Origin: Candidatus Aminicenantes bacterium
GTDB taxonomy: Bacteria; Acidobacteriota; Aminicenantia; Aminicenantales; JAFGBC01
Assembly (NCBI GenBank): GCA_963702005.1
Contig: OY969696.1
Coordinates: forward strand, 2,528,001-2,592,000
Length of the DNA stretch: 64,000 nt
Direction: 5' to 3'
Shown here: one piece after another, positions 53,401 through 62,542 of the stretch
How the letters are laid out: every line of letters begins with the position of its first letter
Position numbering within the stretch: the first letter of the stretch is position 1
The notes under the pieces: generated by a model
What the model saw: the letters and a program-made list of their open reading frames with translations, nothing else
Told to the model about the DNA's origin: nothing
The model's database searches: none
Position numbers and translations under genes: made by a program

Positions 53401-54038
53401 TATTTCACCTTGATGATGAAATTCACGGCGGCGTTTTTCGGGCGCGTTTCTTCTCCCGCGTTGACTCGCGATTTGGTGCCGTACTTAATCGCGCCCATGA
53501 TATTTGCAGAGGCCGAGTCTGTATTGGTGTAGCTGCTCGTCCACGAATTCATGTTGACCGCATAATAGCCTGACGCTGATGTAGTCGCCCCAAAAGAGGA
53601 GGTATATCTCCCATACATATGCTGATGGGGAGTTTGCTCATGCGCATGGTTTTGCAGCGAATCCTCCTCGACCGAACCGACTCCCGTGGCGCTGCCGCCA
53701 GGATTGGAGGGCATTCGCTTCTTCACATCAGGGTCACGGCCCGTTCCGGCATCGTCCCCCCGGAGGAACCTTCCCCTCAGGTCGGGCAGGTTGAACTTAT
53801 CGCCTGCGCTTCCCCATGACGTTCCGATGGCCGTGAAGAGTTCTTTATAGACCGATTTGCTCAGAGCCTTCCCGTTGCACAGCATCCAGCCAGCCGGAAC
53901 GGAACTCGATGTTCCGCACCAGGCGATGACAGTGCCCACCGGAAGCGAGTCACCGGCAGCGCGCGCTGGCGCCATGATTACTGCGATGCCCATAATTAAT
54001 AACGAAGATAGAACCCCTACCAATAGCAACTTTTTCAT
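53400..54038 (-). CDS. Signal-peptide tail-collar domain protein, array copy 2
   Basis: Same architecture as copy 1; start MKKLLL at 54038. Confidence 0.92.
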   Translation of the reverse strand: MKKLLLVGVLSSLLIMGIAVIMAPARAAGDSLPVGTVIAWCGTSSSVPAGWMLCNGKALSKSVYKELFTAIGTSWGSAGDKFNLPDLRGRFLRGDDAGTGRDPDVKKRMPSNPGGSATGVGSVEEDSLQNHAHEQTPHQHMYGRYTSSFGATTSASGYYAVNMNSWTSSYTNTDSASANIMGAIKYGTKSRVNAGEETRPKNAAVNFIIKVK

Positions 54039-54068
54039 TGAGCCCTCCACAATCCACAATCTGGGACA

Positions 54069-54097
54069 AGAATATGTGCCATCTTAGGAGATGTCAA
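54069..54097 (-). promoter_or_regulatory. Putative sigma70 promoter of array copy 2
   Basis: TTGACA-17bp-TATTCT. Confidence 0.7.
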
Positions 54098-54131
54098 GGA
54101 CGAAGGGATGATAGGTTGGCGGCCGCCCGTA

Positions 54132-54213
54132 GGGAGTCCGATGAGGCCGAGGAAAGCCCGGACCTATGCGGATCGGGCGCTTCCGATCACGAGCGGGACG
54201 GGCAAGCCTGGAG
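54132..54213 (-). repeat. Conserved downstream spacer after copy 3
   Basis: Near-identical to 53318-53400. Confidence 0.9.
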
Positions 54214-54843
54214 CTATTTTACCTTGATGATGAAATTGACTGCGGTGTTCTTGGGACGGGTTTCCTCTCCGGCGCTGACCGCTGATTTTGTATTGTATCT
54301 ATTTGCGCCGAGGATATTCGCGTTCGAAGAAGTCGAGGTTAGATGTTTCGTATTCGTCCCTTTGATCCAAGTCCCACTTCCAGTATCGGCAATTTGAAAG
54401 ATATTGTACTCGAAAAGGTAATCATGGGTATGGGGAGTTTGGTCATGTGAATGGTTTTGCAGCGAATCCGCTTGAACGGAGCCGACACCGGTCGTATTGC
54501 CGCCCGGATTGGACGGAACCCTTTTATTCGCGTCGGGGTCACGGCCCGTTCCAGCATCGTCGCCCCGGAGGAATCGCCCCCTCAGGTCGGGCAGGTTGAA
54601 CTTATCGCCCGCGCTTCCCCAAGATGTCCCGATAGCCGTGAAGAGTTCTTTATAGACCGATTTGTTCAGAGCTTTGCCGTTGCATAGCATCCAGTTGGCT
54701 GGCACGGAGCTCGATGGACCGCCCCAGGCGATGATGGTGCCCACGGGCAGCGAATTGTCCGTCGCCCTTGTTGGGGCCATGATACCCACCGCGCCCACAG
54801 CCGACAACGTTGATAGAACGCCGGCCAATACTATGTTCTTCAT
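54214..54843 (-). CDS. Signal-peptide tail-collar domain protein, array copy 3
   Basis: Same architecture; AGGAGG RBS. Confidence 0.92.
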   Translation of the reverse strand: MKNIVLAGVLSTLSAVGAVGIMAPTRATDNSLPVGTIIAWGGPSSSVPANWMLCNGKALNKSVYKELFTAIGTSWGSAGDKFNLPDLRGRFLRGDDAGTGRDPDANKRVPSNPGGNTTGVGSVQADSLQNHSHDQTPHTHDYLFEYNIFQIADTGSGTWIKGTNTKHLTSTSSNANILGANRYNTKSAVSAGEETRPKNTAVNFIIKVK

Positions 54844-54946
54844 AGCTATCCCTCCTTATAAAAACAGGATAAGCCGGATAAGGATTCCCTTTTCAACCGC
54901 ATCCGCCCGCAATCCAGGTCGTTTTCGCATCCTGCGAACTAAGACA

Positions 54947-54975
54947 AGCATAAGGACCGGCTTGGTAGGTGTCAA
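54947..54975 (-). promoter_or_regulatory. Putative sigma70 promoter of array copy 3
   Basis: TTGACA-17bp-TATGCT. Confidence 0.7.
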
Positions 54976-55062
54976 GGACGGCGGGAAGAGAGGCCGGGAC
55001 AGGATATTCTCAAGTTGCACGAAACAATAAAATCGCATATATTTTTAGAGCTTCGACCGGGT

Positions 55063-55104
55063 GCCGGAGTGGCGGAACTGGCAGACGCGCTGGAATAAAA
55101 ATTC
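55063..55104 (+). pseudogene. 5' half of tRNA-Leu (duplicate), with duplicated upstream promoter region 54970-55062
   Basis: GCCGGAGTGGCGGAACTGGCAGACGCGCTGGA matches 57012-57043 with 1 mismatch; anticodon arm degenerate; 3' half absent. Confidence 0.9.
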
Positions 55105-55211
55105 CTTCGTCGTTGATGCGGGGCGATGGCGAAAATTTATTTATTCAAGGCCCGGGCCGGAAAATCCGGGCGATTCTGAGCGCAAGCGGGACGAAATTAA
55201 AAGGGGGGATT

Positions 55212-55841
55212 CTATTTCACCTTGATGATGAAATTCACGCTCGCGTTCTTGGGACGGGTTTCCTCTCCGGTTTTGACCTGAGACTTTGTTTTATACGTTT
55301 TCGCGCCCATGATGTACGCAGTACTCGGGAGGCCACTCCTTTCAGTGGACGGGTTAGGTCGCATGAACTGCCAATCTAGCCCCGCCTGGGCATTCGCGCT
55401 GTAATTATGGTCCTCGAAATTATGGCTATGCGGGGCCTGATCATGCGTATGGTTTTGCATCATGTCATCTTGGACCGATCCGACGCCCGTCGCGCTGCCG
55501 CCCGGATTGCAGGGCTTGCGATTCTTTGCATCGGGATCCCGGTGCGTTCCGGCATCCTCGCCCCGGAGGAATCTTCCTCTGAGGTCCGGCAGGTTGAACT
55601 TATCGTCTGCGCTTCCCCATGACGTTCCGATGGCCGTGAAGAGTTCTTTATAGACCGATTTGCTCAGAGCCTTCCCGTTGCATAGCATCCAGTTTGCTGG
55701 AACGGAGCTTGATACGCCGCCCCAGGCGATGATGGTGCCCACTGGCATTCCATCGTCGGTCGCCCTCGCCGGTGCCATAATGCCTACGGCGCCCACAGCC
55801 GACAACATTGAAAGAATCCCCGCCAACACGAAATTTTTCAT
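55212..55841 (-). CDS. Signal-peptide tail-collar domain protein, array copy 4
   Basis: Same architecture; different upstream leader. Confidence 0.92.
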   Translation of the reverse strand: MKNFVLAGILSMLSAVGAVGIMAPARATDDGMPVGTIIAWGGVSSSVPANWMLCNGKALSKSVYKELFTAIGTSWGSADDKFNLPDLRGRFLRGEDAGTHRDPDAKNRKPCNPGGSATGVGSVQDDMMQNHTHDQAPHSHNFEDHNYSANAQAGLDWQFMRPNPSTERSGLPSTAYIMGAKTYKTKSQVKTGEETRPKNASVNFIIKVK

Positions 55842-56178
55842 CGCTTTCCCTCCTTATATATAGAGATATTTTTGAAATTGGACCCATTTTCCGCAAGCCG
55901 GGATGTCCGAAGGCGGCAGCTTGCGAAGAGCCATAGCTTTCAAAAACGGCACAGAACTATTTCTCCGTTTTGCTAAAACCAACCCCGATATAAATATGTT
56001 ATATACTCAGCTGATGATCGAAATCAACAAAAGACAAATACCTCATTCGGACCGTTTTTGGTAATGCTTATCCGTTTACCGAAATTGCCCTCCTTCTTGG
56101 GAACGGGGATTAGCGTCACCTTGAGCAATCGTTCCCCCTTGGGGCGACGCAGATGAATAAAGTGGGGTTGTCCTTCGT

Positions 56179-56805
56179 TCATCTCACCTTGATGATGAAA
56201 TTCACGGCCGCGTTCTTGGGGCGGGATTCTTCTCCCGCCTTGATTTCTGAGCTGGTTTTGTATTTTATTGCGCCGAATAATTCCGGTTGGGCCCATGTCG
56301 TGGTTCGAGCGCCTTCAGTAGCCCAGGCGAACAAATAATCATTACCTAAATCTGCTTTAGCGTAGCCATCATAATGTTGATAATTATGGTTATGTCGATT
56401 CTGATAGTGCGAATGCTCTTGAATGGAATCCTCTTGCACCGAGCCGACGCCTGTCGCGCTGCCGCCGGGATTGGAAGGCTTCCGCTTTTTCACATCGGGG
56501 TCGCGGCCCGTCCCGCCATCATCACCCCGAAGGAACCTCCCCCTTAGGTCAGGCAGGTTGAATTTATCGCCGGAACTTCCCCACGAGGTTCCGATGGCAG
56601 CGAAAAGGTCTTTATAGACTGTTTTGTTTAGCGCTCTGCCGTTGCACAACATCCAGCTCGTCGGGATGGAGCTTGTCTCCCCGCCCCAAGCGATGATGGT
56701 GCCCACGGGCAGCGAATTGTCCGTCGCCCTTGTTGGGGCCATGATACCCACCGCGCCCACAGCCGACAACATTGATAGAACGCCGGCCAATGCTAAGTTC
56801 TTCAT
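56179..56805 (-). CDS. Signal-peptide tail-collar domain protein, array copy 5
   Basis: Same architecture; ends ESRPKNAAVNFIIKVR. Confidence 0.92.
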   Translation of the reverse strand: MKNLALAGVLSMLSAVGAVGIMAPTRATDNSLPVGTIIAWGGETSSIPTSWMLCNGRALNKTVYKDLFAAIGTSWGSSGDKFNLPDLRGRFLRGDDGGTGRDPDVKKRKPSNPGGSATGVGSVQEDSIQEHSHYQNRHNHNYQHYDGYAKADLGNDYLFAWATEGARTTTWAQPELFGAIKYKTSSEIKAGEESRPKNAAVNFIIKVR

Positions 56806-56895
56806 AGCTAACCCTCCTTATTAGGATTCCCTTTTCAACCGCGTCTACCCGCAATCCGTAATTCAGATCGATTTTCCATCTTGCTACTTGGGACA

Positions 56896-56924
56896 AAGAT
56901 AAATCCCTGTTCTGGATATGTCAA
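56896..56924 (-). promoter_or_regulatory. Putative sigma70 promoter of array copy 5
   Basis: TTGACA-17bp-TATCTT, nearly identical to the copy 1 promoter. Confidence 0.7.
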
Positions 56925-57011
56925 GAACGACGGGATGAGAGGTCGGGACAGGATATTCTCAAGTTGCGCGAAATGATAAAATCGCATATATTTTTAGAGC
57001 TTTGACCGGGT

Positions 57012-57100
57012 GCCGGAGTGGCGGAAATGGCAGACGCGCTGGACTCAAAATCCAGTCCGGGGCGACTCGGGTGTGGGTTCGATTCCCTCCTCCGGCACCA
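57012..57100 (+). tRNA. tRNA-Leu(CAA)
   Basis: GCCGGAG/CTCCGGC acceptor stem, CTGGA-CTCAAAA-TCCAG anticodon arm, long variable arm, GGTTCGATTCC, encoded CCA. Confidence 0.97.
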
Positions 57101-57121
57101 TATGTTGCGAGGAGGGTTTGA

Positions 57122-58177
57122 ATGAACTTTGCGCGGGTCGCGCTGGCGGCCGCGGCGTTTTGCGCCGCCTGCGCCACGGCGAGCGCGCCCGCGGCGGCGC
57201 CCAAGGGCCCGCTCCCTGCCTTCCAGAAAGGGATCGCCTACACCGGCTATTCGAGCGGAGCCTACGAGGGCGAGGGAGCGCGCCGGGCCGTGAAGGACCT
57301 AGCGGCGACGAACGCTCGCTGGATCCAGGTCCTCGTCACGGGCTATCAAGACACGATCAAGTCCACCTTTATAACCCGGACGGGGAAAGAGACGCCTACG
57401 GACTCTTCCCTGACCGGGATCATCCGCTACGCCAAAAGCCTCGGCCTGAAGGTTTTTCTGAAGCCCCACGTCGACCTTCTCCTCGACCCCACCCGCTGGA
57501 GGGGGGAGATCGGCCTGGGATTCACGGAAGCGGAGTGGGATCTCTGGTTCTTGTCCTACCGGGCTTTCCTAGTCCATTATGCCCTCATGGCCGAGAGCTT
57601 GGGCGTGGAAATGTTCTGCGCCGGCTGCGAGCTCGATTCGACCGTCGGCCGCGTCGAGGATTGGCGCCGGACGATCGGCGCCGTTCGGACCGTTTACAAA
57701 GGCCGATTGACCTACGCCGACGATCAGATCGAGCAAGATCCGGATGCCGTCCAGTGGTGGAACGCCCTGGACTTCATTGGCATGGACGCCTACCCGACGC
57801 TGACCGACAAGCTCCATCCGACCGTCGAAGACTTCAGCTCGGGCTGGTCCCGCTACATCGCGGAGCTGCGCGCGCTCGCGCGCCGATGGCGGAAGCCCCT
57901 GATCCTGACCGAGATCGGCTACCGGAGCGTCCAGGGCGGCGCCCAGAATCCCTGGGATTGGCAGCGTACGGGGCCGGTCGATCTGGAGGTCCAGGCCAAC
58001 GCCTATGAGGCGGCTTTCGGGGCGGTCCAGGGAGAGGATTGGCTCCGGGGCATGTATTGGTGGCAGTGGTCGCCCGACCCGGACGAGGGCGGGACCGGTG
58101 ACACCGGATATACCCCTCACGGCAAGCCGGCCGAGAAGGTCCTGACGGCCCGTTATAAACGGGCCTTCCTGCGATAG
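57122..58177 (+). CDS. Exported glycoside hydrolase family 113-like protein
   Basis: LKVFLKPHVD, WRGEIG, GCEL, WWNALDFIGMDAYP.L, TEIGYRS; possible lipobox CAAC. Confidence 0.85.
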   Translation: MNFARVALAAAAFCAACATASAPAAAPKGPLPAFQKGIAYTGYSSGAYEGEGARRAVKDLAATNARWIQVLVTGYQDTIKSTFITRTGKETPTDSSLTGIIRYAKSLGLKVFLKPHVDLLLDPTRWRGEIGLGFTEAEWDLWFLSYRAFLVHYALMAESLGVEMFCAGCELDSTVGRVEDWRRTIGAVRTVYKGRLTYADDQIEQDPDAVQWWNALDFIGMDAYPTLTDKLHPTVEDFSSGWSRYIAELRALARRWRKPLILTEIGYRSVQGGAQNPWDWQRTGPVDLEVQANAYEAAFGAVQGEDWLRGMYWWQWSPDPDEGGTGDTGYTPHGKPAEKVLTARYKRAFLR

Positions 58178-58192
58178 CCGAGGAGGTTTCGG

Positions 58193-59290
58193 ATGAAGGC
58201 CAGGAGCGCTAGGCTTCTATCCCTCGACGCGTTTCGCGGGCTGACGATCGCGTTCATGATCCTCGTCAACAATCCCGGGAGCTGGGACCACGTCTACTGG
58301 CCGCTGAAACATGCCGCCTGGCACGGCTGGACGCCGACCGACCTGATCTTTCCCTTTTTCCTGTTCATCGTCGGCGTCGCCATCCCCCTGGCCCTGGGCC
58401 GGCGCAAGGACGAGGGCATCCCGGCCGCCGGCCTCTACGGCAAGATCTTTTCCCGGACGTTCATCATCTTCGGGCTGGGGCTCCTCCTCAATTTCGTGCC
58501 CAAGTTCAACCTGCCCGCGCTCAGGATTCCGGGAGTCCTCCAGAGAATCGCAATCTGTTATCTCGTCGCCTCCCTTCTCTATCTCAGGGGCGGCTGGAAG
58601 GGGAGGGCGCTGGCCGCTTTCCTGCTCATGGCCGTCTATTGGCTGGCCATGAAGCTCATCCCCGTCCCGGGCTTCGGGGCGGGCGACCTGAGCCAGGCCG
58701 GAAACGTGTGCGGCTTCATCGACCGGACCCTGATGGGGGGCCATCTCTACCTTCCGGGCTTCGACCCGGAAGGAGTGCTCAGCACGCTGCCGGCCGTCGC
58801 CTCGACCCTGCTGGGCGTCCTGACGGGAGAGTGGTTGAAGTCGCGCTTGTCCCTGATGACCAAATGGGCCGGGCTGTGGGTCGCGGGGACGTTCCTGGCC
58901 GCGGCCGGGATCTTCCTCCATCCCCTGATCCCGATCAACAAGCAGCTCTGGACGCCGAGCTTCGTCCTGTTCACGGCCGGGGCGGCCATGCTCCTGTTCG
59001 GCGCTTGCTATCTCGTCATCGACGGAATCCGGTTCAAAGTCTGGGCCGTTCCGTTCCTCGTCTTAGGGACGAATGCCATCGTCATCTATGCCGGTTCGTC
59101 CCTGATGACCAAGATCATCCAAACGGTCGCGGTCGGCGGCACGTCGTTGAAGGCCTGGATCTACGGCCATGTCTTCGTTCCGGCGGCGGGTCCGCTCAAC
59201 GGTTCGCTGGCCTTCGCGATCGTCTTCGTCCTGTTCTGGCTGGCCGTCGCCCTTCCGTTCTACGTCAAGAAAATCTTCATCAAGATCTGA
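58193..59290 (+). CDS. HGSNAT/NagX-like membrane acyltransferase
   Basis: [51 protein letters not shown]. Confidence 0.9.
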   Translation: MKARSARLLSLDAFRGLTIAFMILVNNPGSWDHVYWPLKHAAWHGWTPTDLIFPFFLFIVGVAIPLALGRRKDEGIPAAGLYGKIFSRTFIIFGLGLLLNFVPKFNLPALRIPGVLQRIAICYLVASLLYLRGGWKGRALAAFLLMAVYWLAMKLIPVPGFGAGDLSQAGNVCGFIDRTLMGGHLYLPGFDPEGVLSTLPAVASTLLGVLTGEWLKSRLSLMTKWAGLWVAGTFLAAAGIFLHPLIPINKQLWTPSFVLFTAGAAMLLFGACYLVIDGIRFKVWAVPFLVLGTNAIVIYAGSSLMTKIIQTVAVGGTSLKAWIYGHVFVPAAGPLNGSLAFAIVFVLFWLAVALPFYVKKIFIKI

Positions 59291-59306
59291 ATCCAAGGAG
59301 GTTGCC

Positions 59307-59561
59307 GTGTCGGAAAAATCGAAACTCGTGACTTTCCTGTTCTGCTGGGTGCTGGGCGTTTTCGGCGGACACCGCTTCTACGTCGGGAAAATCGGAACGG
59401 GAGTCATCTGGCTCTTGACCTTGGGGGTCTTCGGCATCGGGGTGCTGGTCGACCTGATCATGATCCTGACCGGCTCTTTCACAGACGCCAAGAATGTCCC
59501 GGTCACGGCCTGGATGACGGCCAAAGACGCCCAGGGTAACGTCCTTCACTATCTGGTTTGA
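59307..59561 (+). CDS. TM2 domain protein
   Basis: [17 protein letters not shown]; AAGGAGG RBS before GTG. Confidence 0.9.
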   Translation: MSEKSKLVTFLFCWVLGVFGGHRFYVGKIGTGVIWLLTLGVFGIGVLVDLIMILTGSFTDAKNVPVTAWMTAKDAQGNVLHYLV

Positions 59562-59613
59562 TTGACATCCCGGCGCTCTTCTGGTAGAAATTCTTAAGAA
59601 GGGCGAGTTCCTT

Positions 59614-59961
59614 ATGCTGATCAGAAAACGGACACAGGGCGATGTCGTGATCATCGACATCGAGGGCGAGATCCAGCGATCCGACATCACGGACGTGACT
59701 CTCCATCAGGTCGTCAAGGACCATCTCGAGACGGGCTGCCGCAACATCCTCCTCAACCTGGAGAAGGTCCGCTTCATCGACAGCTTTGGCGTGGGCGAGA
59801 TCCTGGCCAGCTTCATCTCGACCCAGAACCTGGGCGGAAAATTCAAGATGGCCCGGATTTCCAAGAAGCTGTTTCTCATCTTCGACGTCACGATGCTGAC
59901 GCGCGTCCTGGAGATTTTCGATACCGAGGAGTCCGCTCTCCAGAGCTTCCCCAAGGCCTGA
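59614..59961 (+). CDS. STAS domain anti-anti-sigma factor
   Basis: ILLNLEKVRFIDSFGVGEI with phospho-acceptor Ser. Confidence 0.92.
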   Translation: MLIRKRTQGDVVIIDIEGEIQRSDITDVTLHQVVKDHLETGCRNILLNLEKVRFIDSFGVGEILASFISTQNLGGKFKMARISKKLFLIFDVTMLTRVLEIFDTEESALQSFPKA

Positions 59962-59995
59962 GCCCTCGGGGTGAAGGGAAGGGCCCGATCCCCCT

Positions 59996-62527
59996 TTGAA
60001 AGCCTCGCGTTTCGACCGCCTCCTGATCCGGGTCGCCGACATCCGGCCCGCCGAACGTCCGTTCGCGGTCCTGTTTTTCCTGTACTTCTTCCTGATCACG
60101 TTTCCGGCCTACATCATCAAGCCCGTCAAGCTCTCCCTTCTCCTTCGCTCGTTCAAGGCCGGGGACCTTCCTTACGCCTATCTCCTGTCGGCCGTGTTGA
60201 TCGGGTTCGTGGCTACGCTCAACGCCCGCCTCCTCGAGCGGCTTCCGCGCCGGCGCTACCAGGCCGGAACCATCCTGTTCTTCATGTCCAACCTCGTCCT
60301 GTTTTGGTTCCTGCTCAAGTCCCATTGGCCGGGTCTGAGCTTGATCTACTGGTTTTGGTCGGACGTTTTCATCGCGACGACCGTGACCCAGTTCTGGATC
60401 GGCTTCCACGACGTCTTCCATCCCCACCAAGCCAAGCGGCTCATCGGGTTTCTGGTCAGCGGAGGCCTGCTGGGCGGGATCTGCGGGTCGCTTTTAGCCG
60501 GGTGGCTGGCTCGGCTCATCGGCACCGAAAACCTTCTCCTTGTCTGTCCGGCCGTCTTGGCCGGAACCTTCGTCGTCATCGAAGCCCTCCATCGCCAGCG
60601 GGCGAAAGCCCCGGCCGGGGGCGGGGCGCGCGATCAGATCCCGGATAAGCGGCCGCCGGTCTCCACCCGTGCCCTGGAGGGATTCCGGCTCCTCCGCAGC
60701 AGCCGCTACTTGTCCCTCCTGGCCGGAGTCCTGGTCTTGGCGGTCGTCGTCGGGACCCTTATCGAGCTCCAGTTCAACACGATCCTCCAAGCCTTCGTCA
60801 AGGACAAGGACGCCAGGACGGCCTTCATCGCCACCTTCTTCGCCATCCTGCTCATCATCTCCTACCTGTTCCAGGTGTTCGTGTCCGGGCCGATCCTGAG
60901 GCGCTTCGGCATCAAGACCGCCCTCGTCATCGGACCCGTCCTTCTGCTGGCCGGCGCCTTCTCCATTTTCATCGTTCCGGCCGGGGCCCTCATCGCTTGG
61001 GCCGTCGCGGCCCGCGGGACCGATAAGGGCATGGACAACACACTCAACCAGTCCGTCCGGGAGCTGCTCTACATTCCGGTCCCGGCCGGCATCAAGTACA
61101 AGGCGAAGCTCTTTATCGACATGTTCGTGACCAAGTTCGCGAACGGCATCGGAGCGCTCCTCTTTCTGGTCACTTTCACGGGCCTCCACTGGTCGGTCCG
61201 CAAGGTCAGCTTCCTGAGCCTGGCCCTGATCGCCGTCTGGTTCGTCCTCGTCAGGCTCATCCACTTGGAGTATATCCGTGTCGTCAAGCAGGACCTCGAA
61301 CGGCGCTGGGAAGACGGGCACAGGCTCGTCGCCGAACGGGTCGACCTGGACATGACCCGGCTCATCTTCGACACGATCCAAAGTCGGGAAAAAAGTTCCT
61401 CGCTATACCTGATGAACCTGTTTGACCTGGTCGGGAAGGAGAAGCTGACCCCGGAGCTCAAAAAGCTTATCGCCTCCCAGGCCGAGGAGTACCGCCTCAG
61501 GACCCTGGATTCCGTCCTCGATGTCGGAGCCGAAGCGTCCGGCCTGGAGGTCGGTGACATCTTCGAGGACGCGGATTGGCAGAGGAATATCCGGGAGATC
61601 CTCGAGCTCGATTCCTACCGTAAGGTCATGGACGAATACCTCAAGCAAACCTTGTCCGGATCGAAACGGGCCGATGAGATATCCCGCATGGAGGCGGCCA
61701 AGCTCCTGGGGCTGCGCGGACCGTCGCCGGCCGCCGTCCGCGGTTTGAAGGCCCTCCTGGCCGATCCCTCGGCCGAGGTCCTGAACTACGCCCTCGGCAG
61801 CGCCGCCCGGCTCCAAAGGAAAGAGCTGCTGCCCGTCGTCATCGGCCACCTGGCTAATCCCCAGATCCGCCAGGTCGCCGCCGACGCCCTGGTCGCTCAC
61901 GGCGAGAAGGCCCTGCCCGTCCTGAAAGCCCATTTGGAGGACGGCCGCCGGAACCTCGAACTTCGGCGCACCCTTCCCGACATACTGGCCAGAATCGGCA
62001 CGCCCAAGGCCGCCGACATCCTGCTCGGAGAGCTCGATAAAAAGATGACGGAGATCCTGGAGGCCGAGATCATCGAGGCTCTTTTCCGCTTGAAATTGAA
62101 AAATCCCGATATTCGTTTCCGCGAGAAGCGGGTCTTCCCGCTCGTCCTGGACCAGATCCGGCAGTCTTGCCGGCTTTTCCTGGACCTCTGTTCGGCCAAG
62201 ACCGAATCCTCCTGCCCCGACGTCCGATCCGACGTACGGATGGCGCTGGCCCTCAAGAGGATCTTCGAGCTCTTGAGCCTCGTCTATCCGATCGAGGATG
62301 TCGTCCGGGCCTACCAGAACCTTCTGACCGGGACCGAGCGTTCGGCCGATTATTCTCTGGAACTCCTCGACAACATCCTCAACAAGGAGATCCGGGACGG
62401 TCTGGCCCCGCTGGTCGAAGCCTGGCCGACCGAGGAAAGGATCCGGCGCTGCCGGAAGTTTTTAGCCGGGTCCCGGCCCGGACGCCGGGAGGGGGCTTCC
62501 CCTCCGAAGGTGACTCGGATAGAATGA
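59996..62527 (+). CDS. Npt1/TLC nucleotide-transporter-like MFS domain fused to HEAT repeats
   Basis: About 12 TM segments, QFW..F.D.F...QAKRL, RELLYIPVP...KYKAKLFID; C-terminal HEAT-like helices. Confidence 0.85.
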   Translation: MKASRFDRLLIRVADIRPAERPFAVLFFLYFFLITFPAYIIKPVKLSLLLRSFKAGDLPYAYLLSAVLIGFVATLNARLLERLPRRRYQAGTILFFMSNLVLFWFLLKSHWPGLSLIYWFWSDVFIATTVTQFWIGFHDVFHPHQAKRLIGFLVSGGLLGGICGSLLAGWLARLIGTENLLLVCPAVLAGTFVVIEALHRQRAKAPAGGGARDQIPDKRPPVSTRALEGFRLLRSSRYLSLLAGVLVLAVVVGTLIELQFNTILQAFVKDKDARTAFIATFFAILLIISYLFQVFVSGPILRRFGIKTALVIGPVLLLAGAFSIFIVPAGALIAWAVAARGTDKGMDNTLNQSVRELLYIPVPAGIKYKAKLFIDMFVTKFANGIGALLFLVTFTGLHWSVRKVSFLSLALIAVWFVLVRLIHLEYIRVVKQDLERRWEDGHRLVAERVDLDMTRLIFDTIQSREKSSSLYLMNLFDLVGKEKLTPELKKLIASQAEEYRLRTLDSVLDVGAEASGLEVGDIFEDADWQRNIREILELDSYRKVMDEYLKQTLSGSKRADEISRMEAAKLLGLRGPSPAAVRGLKALLADPSAEVLNYALGSAARLQRKELLPVVIGHLANPQIRQVAADALVAHGEKALPVLKAHLEDGRRNLELRRTLPDILARIGTPKAADILLGELDKKMTEILEAEIIEALFRLKLKNPDIRFREKRVFPLVLDQIRQSCRLFLDLCSAKTESSCPDVRSDVRMALALKRIFELLSLVYPIEDVVRAYQNLLTGTERSADYSLELLDNILNKEIRDGLAPLVEAWPTEERIRRCRKFLAGSRPGRREGASPPKVTRIE

Positions 62528-62542
62528 AAAAAGGGAAATGCC

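Noticed and set aside
52510-56805. Diversity-generating retroelement or shufflon as the source of tip variation
   Set aside because: No reverse transcriptase, no template repeat with adenine-only differences, no invertase, and all copies are complete and co-oriented
52510-57100. Prophage or tailocin at tRNA-Leu
   Set aside because: No integrase, structural or lysis genes; only collar-domain genes with signal peptides
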